Positions 9,014-16,886 of a stretch of DNA of 39,851 nt are shown here, piece after piece. The position numbers and the translations under genes were made by a program. Origin of the DNA: Verrucomicrobiota bacterium (lineage in GTDB: Bacteria > Verrucomicrobiota > Verrucomicrobiia > Limisphaerales > UBA9464); assembly GCA_947464705.1 (NCBI GenBank), contig CANHYD010000001.1, positions 1-39,851 on the forward strand, in the 5' to 3' direction. Within the stretch, counting starts at the first letter, position 1, and every line of letters begins with the position of its first letter. The notes under the pieces were generated by a model. That model was not told the DNA's origin. It saw nothing but the letters and a program-made list of their open reading frames with translations, and did no database searches.

Positions 9014-10848
9014 GCGGATATTCCAAGTTTCTGGTTGAGGAACTGTATCTGAGAGTTGGATTTGGCTTGAGCGGCCTCCATGGCCCGGAACCCCGCCAAC
9101 AGTCGCTCACGGTTGGACTGGACACGCCGTTCCATGGCCACCAACTGCTCATCCAGCCGCGTGGATTGTTCGGTCAGCCCTTTCTGCCGCTGAGGCAGAG
9201 TGCCCGAGATCTCGTCCACCATCGGTTTCACAAAAGCAGTGATCCGGGCACTCAGGCCAGTCGTGGTCGTCGAGAAAAACTTCTGAACTTCAGTCAACTG
9301 GCCCGACAGAGCACTGGTCAGAGCCGCCGAGTTGGTGGCGCTCAGCTCATTGGTATAACCCGAAGTGCTATAACCCAAATCTGTGAGTCCACGAATCGTG
9401 GTGCTGGGCCCACCCGACAATTGGGGGGCCAGCAAACTGCGGAGGTTGGAGCCCAGTTGAAACACCGTCTGATCGTAAGCCAGAACTCCGGCGGTTATCT
9501 TGCCCGCCGCATCGCGATTGCTGACCGTCAACGATGAGATGAGTGATTGGACCCGATTGACCGAGCTGATCAACGCATCGACGGCGGATCGGACTGCGCT
9601 CGTGTCGTTGGCGCTGGCGATGGTGGTAGTCCCCACCTTGGAGGCGGTAATTGTCAAACCGGTCAACCCCGAATCAGCATCCGTGATAGTGTTGGAGCGG
9701 GCCTTGGCAGTGGCTCCACCGTTGATCGAATACTCTAGGTCCGTCCCACCGCTGAGCGTGCCTCCTTTTTGGCTAGTTAAGCCAAAGGCTGTCAGGAAAT
9801 TACTCGAGCCACTTTGCGACAGCACAACGCCTCGGTTTCCCGGTTCCTTGTTCTTGAGAACAATCCGGTTCATTCCGGAGTCGAAGGAAGCCTGAACACC
9901 GGCGGCCGAGTCGTTAATGCTGTTGAGCACCGAAGACAAGGTGCTGCTGGAGGAGTAGTCGATGGAAACCCCGTTGATGGAGAAAGACCCGGTCGTTGCG
10001 GTTGTCCCGTAGGCCAGCGGTGTCACCAAGGGCTGACTAGACAGAGCGGAGGCGAGTTTGAGAGAACCCAACTTGGAGTCGCTGACCGCGCTGGCACCGG
10101 AGGCAGGAGTAAACAGTTTGAGGCAACTGAGGAGGTTGGATGTGTCCGAAGGGGCTCCTAGGATAAGGCTCTCCCCGGCAACCGGAGCCAGGGTGACCTG
10201 ATCGTTGCTCGTCGAATAGGTGGCGCCTGCCGTTGAACCGCTGACGTTCCTCGTCGAACCGATGGCAGTATCTAGTTTGACCAGCAGGTCCCTAAGAGTA
10301 TCGGTCGTAGCTACGGTCACGGTCGTATTGGTCACCAAACCTGAGGCGTCCCTACGTCCGATGGTCACGGTTCCGGCTGTCAGCAAACTCCCCCACCCTG
10401 CTTCCGAAAGCACGGGGCCTGTGGCGCTGTTGACAGCGACCGGCGGGTTTGCCGTGGTGTAGGTGTTGACGTCCTGAGAGTGCAGCGGGCTGATGATTCC
10501 GGTGTTCGCCCCCAACCAACTGGCCGGTGTCGCGAGGGTAGCCACATTGATGGAGTAGCTTCCAGTCACGGCTCCTGTCGCCGCACTTACCGAAGCGATG
10601 GTCGAGTCTGAAGTGCTGACCGATCTGCGGGTGTACAAGCTGGAATCACCGAGCGCCGTGGCCTTGGTCTGGAGATCGTTCAGTTGCGAGGTGATCTGCC
10701 CGAGGGCGTCGCGGCGTTTGGCCAAGGTGGACTGCTCGATCCGGACTGTGTTTTGCGGAGTCCGCTCCACCGCCGTGAGTTGATCCACCACCGACTTCCA
10801 GTCGAAACCGGAAGCCAGACCCGAAATGGACATGTCCAAGCCAGCCAT
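9010..10848 (-). CDS. fliD: Flagellar filament cap protein FliD
   Basis: N-terminus SISGLASGFDWKSVVDQLTAVERTPQ and a C-terminal coiled coil (RLDEQLVAMERRVQSNRERLLAGFRAMEAA). The start is ambiguous: TTG 10854, ATG 10848 or ATG 10833. Confidence 0.85.
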   Translation of the reverse strand: MAGLDMSISGLASGFDWKSVVDQLTAVERTPQNTVRIEQSTLAKRRDALGQITSQLNDLQTKATALGDSSLYTRRSVSTSDSTIASVSAATGAVTGSYSINVATLATPASWLGANTGIISPLHSQDVNTYTTANPPVAVNSATGPVLSEAGWGSLLTAGTVTIGRRDASGLVTNTTVTVATTDTLRDLLVKLDTAIGSTRNVSGSTAGATYSTSNDQVTLAPVAGESLILGAPSDTSNLLSCLKLFTPASGASAVSDSKLGSLKLASALSSQPLVTPLAYGTTATTGSFSINGVSIDYSSSSTLSSVLNSINDSAAGVQASFDSGMNRIVLKNKEPGNRGVVLSQSGSSNFLTAFGLTSQKGGTLSGGTDLEYSINGGATAKARSNTITDADSGLTGLTITASKVGTTTIASANDTSAVRSAVDALISSVNRVQSLISSLTVSNRDAAGKITAGVLAYDQTVFQLGSNLRSLLAPQLSGGPSTTIRGLTDLGYSTSGYTNELSATNSAALTSALSGQLTEVQKFFSTTTTGLSARITAFVKPMVDEISGTLPQRQKGLTEQSTRLDEQLVAMERRVQSNRERLLAGFRAMEAAQAKSNSQIQFLNQKLGISA

Positions 10849-10857
10849 AAGCAAAAA

Positions 10858-11256
10858 TCAATAAACGCAGTCGAGTGAGATCCGCTCACCGCAGGGGCAT
10901 TCCACGGTGACCTTTTGCACTACCTCCCCTACTCGAGTGACCACGATACCGGGCGCCTTGGGCTCCTGGGTCTCGACCGGAGGCACCACTTCGGGAGCGT
11001 ACAAATCTCGCAACGAAATCGGCCGCGACTTGGTCATCGTTCGGGGGGAACGAATACCGGAAAGAATGGTTTCGATGACGGCCTCATCGAGCCCCATGCG
11101 AAGTGCCTCCGAAAGATCGGCCATCGCCTTGTCGGCTGGAATCGAGACCGAGGGCTTGGTGTCGACCGGTTGGGTGACCGGGGAAAACTCTGGCACAACC
11201 GAAGCCGGAGCAAATTCGTACCGAGGAAATGGAACAAACTCAGCGGCCATGATCAC
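10858..11256 (-). CDS. Hypothetical protein (132 aa) between motB and fliD
   Basis: GTG start overlaps the motB stop by 4 nt, and its stop lies 3-9 nt from the fliD start. The C-terminus is VECPCGERISLDCVY. No family was recognised. Confidence 0.5.
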   Translation of the reverse strand: MIMAAEFVPFPRYEFAPASVVPEFSPVTQPVDTKPSVSIPADKAMADLSEALRMGLDEAVIETILSGIRSPRTMTKSRPISLRDLYAPEVVPPVETQEPKAPGIVVTRVGEVVQKVTVECPCGERISLDCVY

Positions 11257-11984
11257 TCGTTCTTGGAAGGCATCTTCCCGGCCCGCACCACAATGGCGAC
11301 CCGCCGGTTGCCGGGATCGTCACGCGGGCGATCCGGCAGCGGTTGCTCGCTGCCCATCCCTGAAATCTTGCGGATCTGTGACGGTTTCACGCCAAAAGAT
11401 TGCAGCAATTGGCGGGCCGAGTTGGCTCGGATAGCTGATAATTCCCACGGATCCCCGTCCGCTGTTCCCGCCTCTCCAGCGGTGTGTCCGTTCAATTCCA
11501 ACTCCACCTGAGGATAGCGGGCCAATTCCCATCCCACGGTCTCGAAGACCAACTGACCATATTCGGTCATACCCCGGGCTCCGGATTGAAACAGCGGTTT
11601 CCCGGGATTGTCGAAGAACGTAATGAGCAATCCTTCGCTCGTCCGCTCCACCTTCACTGAACGGGTGTCCTTCCACTCGGGATTGTCCATCACAGCTCTC
11701 TCCAGGCGTTCATCCAGTCGCTGCATGTAATCCAGCGGGACAGCCGACTGATTTACGAAGAGTTGCGAACGGTTCGGAGTACCATCCGATTCAGAGGTCT
11801 TCTGAGGCAGGACTCCCAGAGAGTTCTTAACCGTGGACATCATCCGGTTGCGGAAGTAACTGGCCAGTTCGCCCTTGGTCTTCTCGTCCTGAGCAACGAT
11901 CCACATGACCATGAAGAATGCCATCATGCCCGTCACAAAGTCGGCATAAGCCACTTTCCATGCACCACCTCCTCCAGCTCCCAT
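11253..11984 (-). CDS. motB: Flagellar stator protein MotB (OmpA-like C-terminus)
   Basis: AWKVAYADFVTGMMAFFMVMW carries the conserved channel Asp. The C-terminal OmpA-like block is ELSAIRANSARQLL...NRRVAIVV. Confidence 0.9.
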   Translation of the reverse strand: MGAGGGGAWKVAYADFVTGMMAFFMVMWIVAQDEKTKGELASYFRNRMMSTVKNSLGVLPQKTSESDGTPNRSQLFVNQSAVPLDYMQRLDERLERAVMDNPEWKDTRSVKVERTSEGLLITFFDNPGKPLFQSGARGMTEYGQLVFETVGWELARYPQVELELNGHTAGEAGTADGDPWELSAIRANSARQLLQSFGVKPSQIRKISGMGSEQPLPDRPRDDPGNRRVAIVVRAGKMPSKNE

Positions 11985-12010
11985 AAGTCAGTTTGTTTAG
12001 AAAACCCTGC

Positions 12011-12865
12011 TCACTTCATGGTCTTGAGCATCGTCTCCAGCTCGGAAGATGCCGGGCGAACGTCGTCGCTGAGGACGCGGCGGCCCACTTCGCAGGCCAA
12101 CAGAGGTGCGGCTCCATTGGCAAAGCTCACGGTCGCCTCCTTGATGGCATTCATGTACATGGACTCAGCGCGGCCGATGAAGTCGATGTTCGTGGCCAGC
12201 GGTGCAACCACGCCGTAAGAAGCAAAGATGCCGTAGAACGTTCCGCACAGGGCGGAGCTGATGCTCGCTCCGACGACCGTGGTTCCCTGGTCGATCTTAC
12301 CCATCGTCAACACGATGCCCAGAACCGCCGCAACGATTCCGAAGGCCGGCATCGAGTCGGCCACCTTACCCAGCACCTCCACCGGCTCATGGTGCTCGGC
12401 ATGAGCGGTTGCCAGGGATTGCTTCATGAGGGACTCCAGCTGGTCGGGTTTGATTCGGCCATCGACCACTGGCTTCAGACCATCACAGAGGAAGTCCATG
12501 GCGTGATGGTTTCCGTAGAACTTGGGGTACTTCTTGAACAGGCTGCTCCCGGCAGGGTTCATCACGTGTTCTTCCAAGGCGATCATGCCACCGCGACGCC
12601 CAAGGACGAAGAGCTCATAGAGGCACTTCAACAGTTCCTCGTAGTTGGCCTTGTTGTAAGGAGCCCCTTTGAGGGTCGCAGTCAGACCATGAACGATTCC
12701 TTTCAGTGTCTTGACCGGGGCCATGATGACCAAGGCGCCGGCACCCATTCCGAAGATGGGAATGACCTCTCCGGTGTGATACAAGCCCGCTGGGTTGCCA
12801 CCGTTCATGACGAAGCCAAGACAGGTGAGACCGATGATGATGACGAATCCGATGATGACGACCAT
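12011..12865 (-). CDS. motA: Flagellar stator protein MotA
   Basis: Four-TM layout. C-terminal conserved blocks are PAFGIVAAVLGIV and ALCGTFYGIFASYGVVAPLA. Confidence 0.9.
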   Translation of the reverse strand: MVVIIGFVIIIGLTCLGFVMNGGNPAGLYHTGEVIPIFGMGAGALVIMAPVKTLKGIVHGLTATLKGAPYNKANYEELLKCLYELFVLGRRGGMIALEEHVMNPAGSSLFKKYPKFYGNHHAMDFLCDGLKPVVDGRIKPDQLESLMKQSLATAHAEHHEPVEVLGKVADSMPAFGIVAAVLGIVLTMGKIDQGTTVVGASISSALCGTFYGIFASYGVVAPLATNIDFIGRAESMYMNAIKEATVSFANGAAPLLACEVGRRVLSDDVRPASSELETMLKTMK

Positions 12866-12870
12866 AGGGT

Positions 12871-13671
12871 TTAGATGGGATTGACTCGCTTGATGTAGGC
12901 ACTCAGTGCCGAGACGGCCTGCACATGGATCTGACAGGCACGCGCTTCGGTGAATCCGAGGATTTCTCCGATGTCCTTCAATCGGAGCCCCTCGTAATAG
13001 AACATGTTCAGAACCTTTTTTTGAACGTCGGGCAACACTTGGATCCGGTCGCGGATCTGCTGGTGTAATTCCCGTTGGAGCAGCATTTCGGAGGGACCCT
13101 GCTGATTCAGATCCGCCAACTCCCGAGACGGCAGCTCGTCGCTCGCCAAGAAGGCAGGTTCCGAGAGACTTTCGAAGATCACTCCGCGCAACCGATCGAG
13201 CAGTAGCCGGTACTCCGGCATGCCGATTCCAAGTCGCGAGGCGATTTGCTCTTCCGATGGAGGCCCGCCCAATTCGGTGGTCAGTGTATCAATGGTCTCC
13301 TCAAGCGCTTGGCGACGCGCCAGGTCGGACCGGGAGAGCGGGCTGATACGGCGCAGTTCGTCGAAAATCGCATTTTTGATGCGAATGCGGGCAAAATGGG
13401 GAAAGGAAGCGCCTTTGAGCGGATCGTAGGTCCTTCCCGCTTGGACCAAGGCAAAAAGCCCAAGATTAATCCAATCATCCAAATCGGTCCCTGCAGGAAG
13501 CGCCGGGCAGTACCGTTGAACGGTTCTGACCACCAACGGAGCGTATCGGCGCAGCAAGTCCTCCTCACCGTCCGCGGGCCCAACGCTGTCCCGATAGCTA
13601 TGCAGCGCCCGAACCTTATGGGTCAAGGAACTCGGTGCTGCCGGTGCTATTGTGAACTCAGTGGCTGGCAT
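12871..13671 (-). CDS. fliA: Flagellar sigma factor FliA (sigma-28)
   Basis: Region 2 (LINLGLFALVQAGRTYDPLKGASFPHFARIRIKNAIFDELRR) and the region 4 HTH (LKDIGEILGFTEARACQIHVQAV) are both present. Confidence 0.9.
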   Translation of the reverse strand: MPATEFTIAPAAPSSLTHKVRALHSYRDSVGPADGEEDLLRRYAPLVVRTVQRYCPALPAGTDLDDWINLGLFALVQAGRTYDPLKGASFPHFARIRIKNAIFDELRRISPLSRSDLARRQALEETIDTLTTELGGPPSEEQIASRLGIGMPEYRLLLDRLRGVIFESLSEPAFLASDELPSRELADLNQQGPSEMLLQRELHQQIRDRIQVLPDVQKKVLNMFYYEGLRLKDIGEILGFTEARACQIHVQAVSALSAYIKRVNPI

Positions 13672-13915
13672 TACCCCTCGTATTCGCTGGATTTTCCATG
13701 GCCGCCTTCTCGTTACCCGCGGTGGTGGCCAAGTCCGACTCCTTACTGGCTCGATAAATCAACCGGCACCACTGGCGGGAAATGAGCGCCATGACGCCGC
13801 CCGAAATGGCCGCATGAAACAGGCTTTCTACCCAATCAACGCCATTAAATAGGGAGATCGCCAGCAGCAGCAGGGCGACTCCGGTTCCGATGGCGGCGCT
13901 GACAAGTTGAATCAT
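13658..13915 (-). CDS. Small two-TM membrane protein, unknown function
   Basis: Two hydrophobic helices (AAIGTGVALLLLAISLF and AAISGGVMALI). ATGA overlap with the upstream gene and a 14-nt overlap with the fliA start. Confidence 0.5.
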   Translation of the reverse strand: MIQLVSAAIGTGVALLLLAISLFNGVDWVESLFHAAISGGVMALISRQWCRLIYRASKESDLATTAGNEKAAMENPANTRGNASH

Positions 13916-15039
13916 ACGCTGCGAGGCTCTCGGACCTTCGGATGGGATTGCAGCACTTCGAGGATGGCATCATCGCTCAGGAAGGGCTTCCGGGCATCCA
14001 ACACACCTTCCCACTCGATCATCGCGGACGAGAGGAGCCGGGCCTTCATGGCAGGATGGGTTGGAACCTCGTCTTGTGAGGCGTGGTTGCGGACCGAACG
14101 CATCTCCCGCTCGAGCCAGGACACCGAAGCCAAGGGTGTCTGAAGTTCGCGGGGCAAATCCACGACCGAGAGTGCCGAGGCCTGACCCGGACCCGGTGCC
14201 TTCACCCAGGCTGAAATGGGGTGACCTTCGGACAAGTGCTTCGCCCAGCCCTCAGCCAAAGCCATCGGATCGCCACGGAAACCCGGATCGGACCGCCGCC
14301 CTTTGACGCTGGCGGTCGCTCCGCGAACCCGTGACAGAAATTGTTTCTGGCAAACCTGTAATCGGGCCTGCGGCCACTGGTTGGCTGCAGCCTCGAAGAG
14401 CCCGGGGGTCATCCGGGCGGTCAAACCACAAATCTCTCCCATACCCCGCTGTTCCAGGGCGCGAAAAATCTCAGACCATTGGGGATTGCTGGTCGTACCC
14501 AACGCGAAATCGGCGACCATCCGATACCCATGCTGATCCACCGCGACCAGGCAAGTGGCCGGCAGGCACTCCGATCCGGAGTTTTGGCTGATCCGCTCCC
14601 GCCAGGTCAGCACGAAGAGCCAGAAGTGCCTCGGGAGTCTCCGGCGGCGCCATCCCCGGATTTGGGAATCCAAAGTGAGGGCCGCCCGCTCCACCTGGGA
14701 CTCGTCAAAGCGCAGCCCGCATCGTTCATCGAGCCAGTCTCTGGCCGCATTGGGTGCCTCTCTTCGGAGCACGGCTGCAGCGACGGCTACCTGCCGGGCT
14801 CGATCCATCCAGGTGCCTTGGTCCAGAGGCGGTGGTCGAAACGGTGTGAAGACAACAGCTCCATCCTCGGGTGATCGAGATCCCGGAGTTGATGTCGGGA
14901 ACTCTTGGGGCAAATTGGCCACCAATTCCCGCAGGATTGAAGCCAGGCGTGAGTGCCCTTCGCGGGCCAAGACCTGGATCGGGTTCTGAGGAACCACGGG
15001 ATCCTGGAGCTCCATGGCAGATGAGTTTTCCAAAGTCAT
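13912..15039 (-). CDS. IS256/mutator-family transposase homologue, apparently catalytically inactive (domesticated?)
   Basis: Colinear blocks against IS256 Tnp, ours first. CGLRF...WRRRRL...WLFVLTWRE against CGKSVS...W.NR.L...YPYLMTDVLYIKVRE. AVDQHGYRMVADF...WSEIFRALEQRGM against AIGITKDGDREIIGF...W..F...LKERGL. CGLTARMTPGL against LVISDAHKGL. RLQVCQKQFLSRV against WQRCQVHFLRN. SWLEREMRSVR against ERLNQEVRRR. Confidence 0.6.
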   Translation of the reverse strand: MTLENSSAMELQDPVVPQNPIQVLAREGHSRLASILRELVANLPQEFPTSTPGSRSPEDGAVVFTPFRPPPLDQGTWMDRARQVAVAAAVLRREAPNAARDWLDERCGLRFDESQVERAALTLDSQIRGWRRRRLPRHFWLFVLTWRERISQNSGSECLPATCLVAVDQHGYRMVADFALGTTSNPQWSEIFRALEQRGMGEICGLTARMTPGLFEAAANQWPQARLQVCQKQFLSRVRGATASVKGRRSDPGFRGDPMALAEGWAKHLSEGHPISAWVKAPGPGQASALSVVDLPRELQTPLASVSWLEREMRSVRNHASQDEVPTHPAMKARLLSSAMIEWEGVLDARKPFLSDDAILEVLQSHPKVREPRSV

Positions 15040-16811
15040 GGAAGTAGTGATGAATAAGCCGTCACGTGGACCAGAGAGTTGTTGGCGACCATCGGTGCGG
15101 GCGGAGCCACCTCACCCCGCTCCTCGACCTGCATTCCGGGTTCGGCGTCGACGCCACTGACGCGAAGGAAGTCATGAATGTAGCGGGCTGAAAGAGCGAT
15201 TGCCCCGGAGTTGGGGTGGGACTTGGGTGCTGGGTCGGTCACGATTCCCAGGATTTGACCCGATACATCGAGCACCGGGGCGCCCACCGTGGATAAGGGC
15301 ATCCGGTCGGAGAGAGTGAAGTAGCGTGGATCGGCCTTGAGCCCCGAATTTCGCACCACACGCGCCCGGTGTGCCTTGGGCTGGAGGCTATCGCGCGAAC
15401 TGGCTCCTGGCTCCATGTGCATGCAGAACACCCAAGAACCCGGAGCGATGGAGCTGCGGTTGGTTTGGACCGCCAACGAATGAAAAGACCGGGCTCCGCC
15501 TTGGATTTGCACAATGGCTAAGCCCAAGAAGGGATCCACTTTGACTGGGCTCGCCCGAAGTTTGCCACCGACAATGCCCACCGTAATGCTGCGGGCAGAA
15601 CTGGGCACATGCGCCGCACTGGTCAAGACATGCCCGGCTCCGGAGACAATGAATCCCGCGCCGAAGGCACTGGGCATTTCGTCGGTCATCCGGGAGTCGG
15701 CTTGGATGGCGGCCACCCCGTCATCTCGGAACGAGGAAGGAACGGGCCGAAAATCACTAACCAAAGCGCGGCCGCGATCCAGATCGACCGGCGCCATGAT
15801 CCGAAGCAACTGACGCCGAGCCGCTGAGGCGACCTCCAGTCCGCTCATCTCGGACAGCGTCCACCAGCGGTAAGCTTCTGCCATGTCTGCGCTCATGACC
15901 CGACCTCGGTAGTAATACTGGCCCAAAAGGTACTGAGCCTCCCGATGCCCATGCTCTGCGGCCTTCCGCAGGTAGTTCTCGGCCATGACTGGATTTTGAA
16001 CACTGCTTCCCGAATCGTAGATCACGCCCAATTGATACTGGGCAGGCACGAAGTCGGAGTCCGCTGCCCTCCGGTACCATTGAATCGCCCGGGCCATATC
16101 CACAGGCACCCCCCGACCATAGTGATGGAGGCTCGCCAGGCTGCACATGGAAGGAACAAAGCCGTGCTCCGCAGCGCGAGTGAACCAAACCACCGCATTG
16201 GAGGCTTGGTTTTGATCCAAATTGAGCTGCCCTAACAGGTGCTGAGCGGCGACAAGTCCTTCACCGGATGCATGGTCCAGGTACTTCCGGGCCGCCGACC
16301 AATCCAGAGGCAGACCGTTGGTCCCCGTGTAATAGCTGCGTCCCAAATTGTAGAGAGCCACCGGATTGCCCAGTTCGGCTGCCTGCCGGTAGTAGGACAT
16401 GGCCTTGGCAATGTCCTTGGGCACTCCCCGCCCTGTTTCATGCAAGTATCCCAGATTCACCAAAGCCGGTGAGCTCTGGCTCTGGGCGGCCCGTGAATAG
16501 GCGTCCAGAACGACCGGGGTCGCGCTCGTGGCCTGCTTGAGTTGGTTGGAGAGACCGACGTTGAACCAAGACCAAGAAGTGTCGGACGGGCCCGAGGGGT
16601 CGGTCACCCGGACCACAGGTTGCAGTACCTCATTGGTCACCTCTGCCGAGGTTCTCAATGGAACCAGCCCCCCTTTTTCAGCGCCTTCGGACGGCGGATC
16701 GGCTGCCCACAGCGAGCCCCCCACCGCGGACACCATCATGCCCAGAAGGAGCCCAGACAGGGCCCTCCGGATCCGGGTTCCCGTGGATTGCTTTTGGAGC
16801 GATACCGACAT
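15036..16811 (-). CDS. Secreted Sel1-repeat protein with C-terminal trypsin/HtrA-like domain
   Basis: ATG 16811 gives the signal peptide MSVSLQKQSTGTRIRRALSGLLLGMMVSAVGGSLWA; TTG 16841 is an alternative start. About 6-7 Sel1 repeats are present (for example A..YYRQAAELGNPVALYNLG, AIQWYRRAADSDFVPAQYQLG). The C-terminal GAGFIVSGAGHVLTSAAHV...GLAIVQI...STVGAPVLDVSGQILGIVT is colinear with the HtrA protease fold. Confidence 0.75.
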   Translation of the reverse strand: MSVSLQKQSTGTRIRRALSGLLLGMMVSAVGGSLWAADPPSEGAEKGGLVPLRTSAEVTNEVLQPVVRVTDPSGPSDTSWSWFNVGLSNQLKQATSATPVVLDAYSRAAQSQSSPALVNLGYLHETGRGVPKDIAKAMSYYRQAAELGNPVALYNLGRSYYTGTNGLPLDWSAARKYLDHASGEGLVAAQHLLGQLNLDQNQASNAVVWFTRAAEHGFVPSMCSLASLHHYGRGVPVDMARAIQWYRRAADSDFVPAQYQLGVIYDSGSSVQNPVMAENYLRKAAEHGHREAQYLLGQYYYRGRVMSADMAEAYRWWTLSEMSGLEVASAARRQLLRIMAPVDLDRGRALVSDFRPVPSSFRDDGVAAIQADSRMTDEMPSAFGAGFIVSGAGHVLTSAAHVPSSARSITVGIVGGKLRASPVKVDPFLGLAIVQIQGGARSFHSLAVQTNRSSIAPGSWVFCMHMEPGASSRDSLQPKAHRARVVRNSGLKADPRYFTLSDRMPLSTVGAPVLDVSGQILGIVTDPAPKSHPNSGAIALSARYIHDFLRVSGVDAEPGMQVEERGEVAPPAPMVANNSLVHVTAYSSLLP

Positions 16812-16824
16812 TCGAGGCCCTCGC

Positions 16825-16840
16825 AGCAACTCGCAGGCCA
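16825..16840 (-). promoter_or_regulatory. Candidate sigma-54 promoter for the Sel1/fliA/motAB string
   Basis: The minus strand reads TGGCCTG-CGAG-TTGCT against the consensus TGGCACG-N4-TTGCW. The predicted +1 is near 16814, 3 nt before ATG 16811. Confidence 0.35.
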
Positions 16841-16859
16841 ATCATTACTGCCGAACCTA

Positions 16860-16875
16860 TGGCACGACCCGTGCT
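16860..16875 (+). promoter_or_regulatory. Candidate sigma-54 promoter for the flgB operon
   Basis: TGGCACG-ACCC-GTGCT has a single mismatch to the consensus TGGCACG-N4-TTGCW. The predicted +1 is near 16886, 1 nt before ATG 16887. Confidence 0.4.
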
Positions 16876-16886
16876 GCGGGGCAGGT

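Noticed and set aside
11993-12874. 293-aa plus-strand ORF
   Set aside because: It is antisense to motA and has no motifs. It is a shadow ORF.
13912-15039. Calling the transposase-like gene an active IS element or mobile element
   Set aside because: There is no space for inverted repeats, because ATGA overlaps occur on both sides. Two of the three DDE positions appear substituted. It is therefore annotated as a CDS and not as a mobile element.
16542-16886. Long N-terminal extension of the flgB ORF (242-aa version)
   Set aside because: The extension overlaps the divergent Sel1 gene and encodes Pro/Arg-rich sequence. FlgB homology begins only near ATG 16887.
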